Positions 55,041-64,000 of a stretch of 64,000 nt of DNA are shown piece after piece; the stretch's first letter is position 1; each line of letters opens with the position of its first letter. The stretch covers positions 26,569,978 to 26,633,977 of the forward strand of contig NC_068982.1 of NCBI RefSeq assembly GCF_001194135.2. The letters are read 5' to 3'. A model generated the notes under the pieces. That model was not told where the DNA came from. It ran no database searches and saw only the letters and a list, made by a program, of their open reading frames with translations. Both the position numbers and the translations under genes were made by a program. The stretch comes from Octopus bimaculoides (taxonomy: Eukaryota).

Positions 55041-56084
55041 TCAGCTGCTATAACTTCCTAATGATAGAAGATATCTGGTTTGGGAATATGTTTTCTCTAG
55101 TTTTCCTCTACACACGAAGCAGCAGGCCTTCTTTTTCTGCCTTTTCTCTCGATTTCTTTTACACTGCTTTCCCCACTTTAAAATAGATAAAATAACAAAT
55201 ATGACTAGTTCAAGGTCTACAGGAAAAGGCTTGTAAACAACCGGATATAGTTTTAAAATCAGATTTACATTGCTCTATAGAGAGTTCTTCACTGCCGAAT
55301 CGTGACTATAAGCGAGATAAAGATTTTTCTTGGCGAAGATAAATACATTACCTACCGATACGAAACCTATTCGTCATATCAAATGTTTTCCAATGCCAGT
55401 TAGTTTACACAAGATAATATGACCATCGGGTGTTTTGGGGAGATGAAAACTAAAATCACGAAACTGAACTTTTACAAAAATGTATAAAATTATATCATAC
55501 TCCGCAATATCTTCAGTTGCGTTTATATTACTCCTTATTTAATTTCTTAATCATTTTTGACAATTGTAGCCAACAAAGTAAAAGTATATTTTAAAGAGAT
55601 GACCTTGAATGTTGAAGACGCAATTGCAGTATTGATAATCCATTATAAATCTTTCAAAATCCAAGACTGAATAAAGATTTTAATATGGGCGTTATTCTTG
55701 TTAAATTTCTAAAGCTACCTTAAAATATTAAGGATTACAATATACTCTTTCCGTCATACTGATTAACAAAACGCATCACTACTCAGTGAATACGTCTTGA
55801 ATTTCAAAAAGAGAAACACATTGGCAATTTCAATAGACGAAATGCTAAATTGTATGTAACGTCTTTCATACACATATGCTTTGTCTATCATGATAATTTA
55901 ATGCTTAAAGGTGAACAACTTTATTAAGAAAAGAAAATTTTGAATAGATCTATGTATGTAGATATTTTAGCATGTATGTTGTTGCTAACATTCAGCCTAA
56001 AAGAACAAAATCTGTTGAGTAAGTGCCACACAGTATACAAATCTGATATGAATGCTGCTCCTATTGTTAATGAAATGGAAAATA

Positions 56085-56305
56085 CTGGTTTCAAAGTTTA
56101 GCATAAGGCTAGCGTTTTGGTGGGTAGTGGGGAGTAAGTCGATTACATCGACCACAGTGTTCAACTGGTATTTATTTTATCGACCCGAAAGGATGTAAGG
56201 TAAAAAAGTCAACTCCGGCAGCATTTGAACTCAGATATCAAGTCGGAAGAAATGCCTCTGAACATTTTTTCCGGCGCAGTAACGATGTTGCTAGCTCGTT
56301 GCCTT
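56085..56305 (-). mobile_element. family 1 SINE, tail type C
   Basis: Full-length degenerate copy. Near-identical 16-bp flanks AATGAAATGGAAAATA (56069-56084) and AACGAATTGGAAAATA (56306-56321). Confidence 0.85.
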
Positions 56306-56904
56306 AACGAATTGGAAAATATTGTTAACGCAGTTGAAATCTATATTTTCGACCTTACAAACAGAAGTTGTGCAAAAAGCCAAACAAAAATAGTCTTTCA
56401 TACTAGGAAATGAGTAAGTCAAAACATCTTCCTTTTCTGAGACGGTACAGTTAAAATATATCTCCAAAGGAAAGAATCCGGTTTTAAGTTCACAAAATTT
56501 AGCGTGAACTTCAAAATATCTCGATAGCGCTGACATATTCTCATGATATGAGGATGGCCATTCGGATCGTAGCCAATGTAGTTTTCGCTTGAAAAAACAA
56601 TACATTTCTATATGTCTTTGAAAATATAAATCTTCAGTTGGAATTTTCCCAGTAAACTATAAATATGTAATCTAAAATAGAATACATTATAATTGGCGTT
56701 ATCTTGACTGATTAAAATGGCCTTAGGAGGATCCGACTCCTATAGCTGATAACTTCAAGTTCGGTGTATTTCCCAATATGTATATGTGTGTTGGTTATAT
56801 GTATGTGCGTCTTTGTGTGTTGCTGTGTCTGAGTTATCTTAAACGTAAGAAGAATTGGTTAATTCAGCTTAAACATATATAGCATCAAAACTGATACGCT
56901 AATA

Positions 56905-57041
56905 TATTAGTTTCAAGTTTTGGCCCAAGGCCAGCAATTTCGGAGGAGGGAGTATGTCGATTATATCGACCCCCGTGCTCAACTGGTACTTATTTTATCG
57001 ACTCCGATAAGATGAAAGGCAAAGTCGATCTCGGCGGAATT
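56905..57041 (-). mobile_element. family 1 SINE, tail type C, 5' truncated or disrupted
   Basis: TTTCAAGTTTTGGCCCAAGGCCAGCAATTTCGG...ACTGGTACTTATTTTATCGAC...GAAAGGCAAAGTCGA. Confidence 0.85.
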
Positions 57042-57264
57042 AATACGGTAATATATTGATATCAATAATGCACGGCATGCTGACGTTTTATAATTTGTTT
57101 AATATTGACTTATAATTAGTATAAAATATCACAAAATTTAGGTGAATTTTTCTAAATTGCATAAAACTATAAATTTTCCGAAAAATAGTGGTAGTTTGAA
57201 TCGAACTTAGTTCATATGAAGTAGTTTGTGACCACCAGGTAAGATTCGAACTCAGGATGTAGAG

Positions 57265-57340
57265 AAAGAAACTAATCGACTTAGCCACTTCCTCGAAATT
57301 GCTGGCTTTGTGTCAAAAATTTGAAACCAATATTTATTTA
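57265..57340 (+). mobile_element. isolated type C SINE tail fragment
   Basis: TAATCGACTTAGCC...CGAAATTGCTGGCTTTGTGTCAAAAATTTGAAACCAAT. Confidence 0.65.
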
Positions 57341-57416
57341 TAGAAGTTACACAACAAGAACATCACAAAAACATAGTTGATTGAATCAACACCCTAGTAT
57401 TATGTGAACATATATC

Positions 57417-57847
57417 TTTTCTATTCTAGGCACAAGAACCGAAATTTTGGGAGAGGGAACCAGCCGATTAGATGGACTCCAGTACGCAACTGGTATTTAA
57501 TTTATGGACCCCGAAAGGTTGAAAGGCAAAGTCGACCTCGGCGGAATTTGAACTCAAAACGTAAAGATATACGAAATACCGCTAAGCATTTCGCCCGGCG
57601 TGCTAACGTTTCTTATTTCTTTACTGCCCATACGGGGCTACACACAGAGGGGACAAACAAGGGTAGACAAACGGATTAAGTCGATAATATCGACTCCAGT
57701 GCGTAACTGCTACTTATTTAATCGACCCCGAAAGGATGAATGGCAAAGTCGACCTCGACGGAATTTGAACTCAGAACGTAAGGAGAAACTAAATACCGTT
57801 AAGCATTTCGCCCGGAGTGCTAACGTTTCTGCCAGCTCGCCGCCTTA
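57417..57847 (-). mobile_element. family 1 SINE dimer (type A unit followed by type B unit)
   Basis: Two units in tandem (57613-57847 and 57417-57612), bounded by one 15-bp direct repeat ATGTGAACATATATC (57402-57416 and 57848-57862). Confidence 0.92.
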
Positions 57848-59809
57848 ATGTGAACATATATCGAATACACAAAGCTACTTCCCAAAGTCAATTATGGTGA
57901 GATTGAACTGAGAAAAAGAACAGTTTATAAATAGATACATGCAATTTATTTCATTCCATACTCCTACTGACATTGTAGTTTGCATTTATTAAAATTTCGA
58001 GGTTTACTTCTTGAATTATGCGTGCGCCGAAAATTACTAAGTCACTCCGAAACAGATATATTTGAACAGTTCCGGTCCGTGATTCTTTCAGGTTAAAATA
58101 TTAGTGTTGATTCAGAAAAATCGTATATAGTGCTTATTCATCCAAGATCTATAGTAATATTTAGACTATGCTTTACTGTAGAGTTTTCATATGACCGGAA
58201 CATGTTTACAGTTGTCACCTTACTACTAAGCAATTTTAATCCCCAGATACATTTCGTATTTAATTCACATTAAAGCTCAGGTTTGTTTTTCTTGCGGTGT
58301 ATTTTTAGTATAATTAGTCAGTTAGATAATAATTAGTTTCATTGATAATAAGGGCGGAATTTAATTAGTTTCTTTTTGGTTTATTACATCAAATATACCA
58401 GTGCCCGTTCGGCTACTCTGCTGATATTAGTTAAGTGGTTGACTTTGGCTGTAATCCCACGGTGTCAATAATATCAGCGGAAGCCATATTCTGGGTATCA
58501 ACAATACCCAGCCTCTAAAAGAAATGTGGCCTTGTACAAATACAAGAACTTAATATGTTTTATATTAGTCGAATGAAAGAGAAATTTGTTTTCATAAACA
58601 TTAGATCATCTTCCATGTTTTTGTAGAATTGTTTTTATTCAATTACGTATTTATTTTAGCTTTTCGATCAATAGAATCAAATTTTTGCCTCCTATTTCTA
58701 AAAGCGCAATGTAATATTTAAGTACAAAATTTAATCTTATATTTTAGTTAGATAGATACATAGATAGATAGATAGATAGATAGATGGAATCGGGATGGGC
58801 GATCACCTAAGCGTATACTTTAAGCAAGTATCATCGGCATATATTATTGTTAACCCCAAATATATAATTTATATTAACTCAACTCATTAAACATTCGCGC
58901 CGGAACTGTAAACTATGTAATTCTTTGAAGTTAAGTACAAATTTAGTTTTATACTAAACTAGGATCTGATTATTTTTTCTTTGTTCATATATTTGATAAA
59001 GAATAACGAAATATTTAATGCAGACATAATCAATAGTAAGTCTTTGGATATAAGCCAAATTTGCAGAGTTAGATAAAAATAAGCTACTGGCAAGTCGGCA
59101 CCGCACCTCGGTTTCAATCTAAAAGATATGCTATTTCATATGTATATTCAATTTATATTGCAATAGTGTGCTTTGTTTTTTTTGTTTTTTTTTTGAAGCC
59201 CTATTCCTATTGTATATATATATACTAGCTATTAGCGGCAAAGCAGCTCTTATGACGAATAGTGAATAGCACACCCAACATAATTTAGATGTATTATTTA
59301 TAACGCCTTAAACTGCTGTAAACGTCCCGAAAAATTATTTCATATTGACAAAGATGTTAAAAAGCATCGAAATTCTATATCGAGTGACGAAATTCGTCAG
59401 CACACCAACTGATGGCACAACTGTATCATGTAATTTCACTGTATCGTGGATCATCAGTTGCAGCCGAATACCAGACTGAAAATCAGTCAAGCCGATATAA
59501 AATTATACTTTCCAAATAGCCAAAGACACGCAAGAAACAGGTTTTAATATCAAATTGGGAGACGGATTGAGTCTCCAATCCAACAATCCAGTCCAACAGA
59601 ATTATTGTTAAGATAATCAGTAATCTGGTAGGTGCAAAGAATGCTGCGCATTGCTAAGAAGTTTAATAGACAAAACTTTAAATAAGGGTTTCTATAGGCC
59701 AAGATCAAATTACAATAATATTCAACATTTAGCTATTACTTTTATTCCTCTTTCTATAACTATTATTACTTAATCAGATTATGGCTGTGAGTTTGAGGAA
59801 TTATTACAG

Positions 59810-59997
59810 CGTCGCGAAATGCTTTTGATGTAAATTTGTTCAGGCTCTGTACATTCTGAGTTCAAATCCCAACTTTGCCTTTCCTTCTAGGGAAGTCGAG
59901 AAAATAAAATACAAGTCTAAGGTCTTGGATCGATGGCATCGTCTAACGCCCTTTCCTAAAATTTACTGGCTTTGTACTGAACTCAGAAAACCATTAA
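59810..59997 (+). mobile_element. degenerate family 1 SINE
   Basis: CGCGAAATGCTT...CATTCTGAGTTCAAATCCC.ACTTTGCCTTTC...GTCGAGAAAATAA...TACTGGCTTTGTAC. Confidence 0.65.
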
Positions 59998-60389
59998 TTT
60001 TTAAATCTTTTACTTTACGTATAATGGCGCTATCGTCTAGAATCAAATGCCTTTTATCTTGGTGATTCGGTCTTAACTTCTAAAAAGTGGAGCGATCATA
60101 TGGACTTCAGCGTTGACATCATTTCGATGGAAGCATGGAAAAGTGAAATTCATCGCCGTAAGTTAAAGGAAACACTCTACAAATTCACAGCGAGTGGCCT
60201 TTACCTGTTTTGTTATTTGATTTAATTTGCTAAGACTTGTGTCAAGGATATTGTGTAATGATGGCAATAATATAGGAGCAAATGCATCTTCAGTTTATTA
60301 CCTAGCAATCTAGCGGCTAGTCAGTTGACAAATAGCTTGAAAAGAAAATGAACAAACTATATGGTCAATTCACATAACAAAGTGAGAAT

Positions 60390-60900
60390 ATTGGAACTCT
60401 GGTTGAGACTGACAGATAGAAACATGAAACGAGAAACTGAATCCCTATTTTTAACCGTTCAGAAAGAAATCATTAAATGAACTTGATTAAAACAAAACTC
60501 AGCCAAGCAATAAACACAGAATGTGTGGGGAAAAAGATGAACGTATTAACGGTCTCTTAAGCAAATGCAGTCAGCTAGTACAACAACAATACAAGAGCGG
60601 GTATGACTATCGGTAAAAGAGTGTATTGGGATGTTAGCCAAGTGTATGGATTCAAAATGACAGAAAAGTGGTATGGTATGAACATGAGCCAGAGGCTGTG
60701 ATAGCGAATTATAAATACAGTGTTTCAAGGGATTTTGCCATCGCCATCAAGATTGACCATACCATTGAAGAAAAGAGTTCAGACATAATCACATATAACA
60801 AAAAAGATGCACTTGGAAAAAAAAACTAACCGCTACAAGATATTGGAACTGAATCACGCATAGCCAACCAGCAGAAAAGTACCATTCAGTATTCTACAAT
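60390..60900 (+). mobile_element. R4/Dong-like LINE C-terminal remnant (CCHC finger plus restriction-like endonuclease)
   Basis: HRMCGEKDERINGLLSKCSQLVQQQYK...WYEHEPEAVIAN...DF...IDHTIEEKSSDII matches CR.CG...E.I.H..S.C..LA..EYK.RHD / KWY.H.P / ILWDF...DH.I..RRPDI. Confidence 0.7.
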
Positions 60901-60984
60901 AAGCTTAAGATTTGAGTAGACTTGTCACCAAATCTTAAGATAACATCTCTGCTAACAAAAGTAGCACGTAAAAACTAATTATAC

Positions 60985-61175
60985 TCTAATTTTGAGGGAA
61001 GTGGAGAATAGTCGATTACGTCAACCTCAGTGCTCAACTGGTACTTATATTATCAACCTCGAAAGAGTGAAAGTCAGAGTAGACTTCGGTAGTATGTGAA
61101 CTCAGAGCGTAGAATGCCGAAAGAAATGCGCTAAGCATATTGTGCGGTGAGATGATGATTCTGCCAGCTCGCATT
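60985..61175 (-). mobile_element. degenerate family 1 SINE
   Basis: GTCGATTACGTCAACCTCAGTGCTCAACTGGTACTTAT...GAACTCAGAGCGT...GCTAAGCAT...ATTCTGCCAGCTCGC. Confidence 0.75.
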
Positions 61176-61408
61176 GAATCGAATTAATCTTTTATAATGA
61201 GAAAATAAATTAATTCAGTTCCGTTTTTAATTTTGGTTTGCATTACTAGTTTTAATAAGTAAAACTGTTAGAATCTTTTATAAGAATGTAAATATTCTCA
61301 GTTCTTTTCATAATAGAGTTCGCAAAGAATTATGTTTTTGTTTTCAATAACATCTGGTTGTGTAAAACTTTTAAATTTCACACACGCGCGTGCACATACG
61401 TGTAATAA

Positions 61409-61483
<75 letters not shown>

Positions 61484-61669
61484 NNNNNNNNNNNNNNNNN
61501 NNNNNNNNNNNNNNNNNNNNNNNNNNNNNNNNNNNNNNNNNNNNNNNNNNNNNNNNNNNNNNNNNNNNNNNNNNNNNNNNNNNNNNNNNNNNNNNNNNNN
61601 NNNNNNNNNNNNNNNNNNNNNNNNNNNNNNNNNNNNNNNNNNNNNNNNNNNNNNNNNNNNNNNNNNNNN

Positions 61670-61716
<47 letters not shown>

Positions 61717-61799
61717 TATATATATATATCATAAAGTTTGACCGAAAATGGGTACCAGCCGGCTACCAGATCCTTCATATTCAAACCGCTAGGTGATAA

Positions 61800-62400
61800 G
61801 AGCTTCTCGAAAAATTGTTGAAAGCTACTTTAATAGCACACTAAAGTGTTCTCGCCAACGCTCTTAATGTTGAATTTCTCTGCGTAAAGATGTGAGCAGT
61901 CTTTATTCTTCATTGGTGCGCTACTACCTTTCTTGAGACCATATACTCGTCTTGGAGTATCGGAGAAACGTTTCCCTTTGTGATAGTCAGCAAGTGCCTA
62001 AATTTCGTCCAAGCTACTTGTTTCGCCATCTGTCTTTCAGATGCAGCACTTCTTTTTGTAACAAATTATTTGCGAATTTGAGCTGGCTAGTAGCTTGCCA
62101 CTTACTACATCCATTTAGTATGCGATATTAGTATTTCTGTCTTTTAGATAATGGCAGTTGTTTCTTTGCATCTTTTTTAACAAAGCAGTCAGCTTACTTA
62201 CATTTGGAGAAGTTTATTGAGGGAACGGTTGCTTTAAAGGTTAGTTCACGCAATAATGTCCAACAAACAGTCTGATTCAGTCTGAACTGGAGAAATGTCA
62301 TGTAACACTTTTGGTCGGTTGGTCATATTCACTTGTGGCTCGTTTCTTTGTAAATTGCTAGAAAATTACATCCGAATCTGAATGTAAGGCGCTAGCTTTC
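61800..62400 (-). mobile_element. possible RTE-like LINE fragment
   Basis: Minus strand QVAWTKFRHLL.ITKG resembles the post-RT W.KFR.L.P.L..K motif. Otherwise very degenerate. Confidence 0.35.
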
Positions 62401-62626
62401 GGCTTGTCAATGAATGTAAAAAGTGATTCAAACTTTATAGGGACCTAAAAATGGAGTACTGGAACACGAACCTCCAACCATCTTGATTTGCGAATCAACC
62501 ACAAATGCGTTGCAAAATATCGCATATAGGGACAGTAAGATTTCTAAAAAAAAAAAATACATTTTAACGACAGATGCAGTGTTAATACCAAACGATGATA
62601 TTTATCCCCACTTAAACGTAGATGAT

Positions 62627-62771
62627 CTGTTAGAAAAACCTATACTGCGGTAGATACCATGAGAAAAACTCTCATATTGACTTTTGATGCAAAATGCACT
62701 CTTGTTTATATCGCTAGCCAATATGAGAGTTTCTCTCGTCGTATCTACCGCAATTTAGTTTGTTCTAACAG
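62627..62771. repeat. inverted repeat, 53-bp arms with 39-nt spacer (probable MITE)
   Basis: 62627-62679 and 62719-62771 are reverse complements at 46/53. Confidence 0.8.
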
Positions 62772-63409
62772 AGTATCCATCTTCAAGTGAATATAAACAT
62801 TACCTCGCAGTATGATTACTAACGACAACTACCTGGATGTGGAGGTGAAGTGAATCAGTGTATACAGTTAACTGCGATCACTCGAAAATCTCAATGGAGG
62901 CTGTGAGAAAATGTGACAAATAATTGAGCAGTAATTCTATTCTGCTTGTTGCATTTTACTGAGACTTACACATTGTATCGTTAGTATATAAAACGCTGAT
63001 GAGATGTCTACTGTGCCAGTAATGGCTTATAATGAACATTACTTGGTGAGAATACATCTCAAACCAGGAGACTGTTCCGCTGGGTTCGCAGTTGTGTTGG
63101 GTGAGACAAAGGCCCATATACAGGACACGAAAATTCACAAGGTTGGGATGTACAGCGAGCTGAACTGTGTAGATCATCGCAACTGAAATGTGGAAATTTC
63201 CTTATATAGATGTTATTAAATGATATCGCACTACATCAGGACTACTAACACTATTCTCTAATATCTACAGTCAGGATTGTAATAAAACGATTGTACAAAA
63301 CCACTGAAGACCAAAATATCATTGATGAAGTTCTATTACTATATTAAAAAAATCTTTTAAACGAGTGACAACCAAGAATACACACACACGCGCGCACACA
63401 TACACATAT

Positions 63410-63442
<33 letters not shown>

Positions 63443-63529
63443 TGATAGATAGTCATACATACATACACACAAACACACATACATACATACATACATACAT
63501 ATAAGAGGATTTCCATAAGCAAAAATCCC

Positions 63530-63653
63530 GTCTGAGACAGGCACAAGGCCTGGAATTTGGGGGGATGAGGATGGTCGATCTCACGTAAAGATCTCACGAA
63601 ATGCTGCCAAGCATTTTTCTCGGCGTACTAACGATTCCTGCAGCTCGCTGCCT
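63530..63653 (-). mobile_element. family 1 SINE with central deletion
   Basis: Head GGCAGCGAGCTGCAGGAATCGTTAGTACGCCGAG is joined almost directly to the tail CCAAATTCCAGGCCTTGTGCCTG. The B box and central domain are missing. Confidence 0.65.
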
Positions 63654-63929
63654 CTTTCATGAACAAAAAATAAGGCAAGCCAATACATTGTGTAGAGTGA
63701 CTATATTTATTGAAATATAGTATATTACAATAAATATATAACATATATTGTACATTATGGTACTGAGGATTTACTCTCGAAAATTGCAATCACATCCAAC
63801 GAAGTAAATGTCAAACATTTTATGCGACACATTCAGTGATTTTCTAATTAATGTTTTAATGTTTTTACGTGCAAATGTATATAAGAAATACATTTCAATT
63901 TGTTTTGATATGTTCAAAGCAATAATGTG

Positions 63930-63942
63930 TTTGACACACACA

Positions 63943-64000
<58 letters not shown>
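63930..64000 (+). repeat. (CA)n
   Basis: Direct reading. Confidence 0.98.

Noticed and set aside
59399-59460. CAACTGATG/CATCAGTTG inverted repeat with CTGATGA...GAAA on the minus strand
   Set aside because: Stem II does not pair, so there is no valid hammerhead. A 9-bp inverted repeat is expected by chance.
62820-63200. EGF/LDLa-like words on the plus strand (EVNQC, NGGCEK, CRSSQLKCGN)
   Set aside because: They lie in different frames separated by stops, without splice sites linking them; probably coincidental.

Overview
AT-rich, gap-riddled animal genomic DNA made mostly of microsatellites and decayed transposable elements. The SINE sequences and simple-repeat load suggest an octopus genome; this is inference from remembered repeat families, not a database result. 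No intact host protein-coding gene, rRNA, true tRNA gene or CRISPR array could be supported, and most ORFs in the supplied track are microsatellite or N-gap artefacts. Supported content: (1) a decayed two-ORF L1/Tx1-type LINE (about 47.8-51.8 kb); (2) four Tc1/mariner-superfamily remnants; (3) three Penelope-like remnants; (4) CR1-like, R4/Dong-like and RTE-like LINE fragments; (5) a hAT MITE, a TA-flanked MITE and two fold-back palindromes; (6) a dozen or so copies of a tRNA-derived SINE with interchangeable tails, plus two copies of a composite SINE with an internal microsatellite. The observations most worth following up are a roughly helically phased CATTCAAATT motif array upstream of the LINE, a minimal hammerhead-ribozyme-like fold at 44.06 kb, a SINE dimer bounded by a single 15-bp TSD, and a shared AAATA(TT) end in several SINE TSDs.
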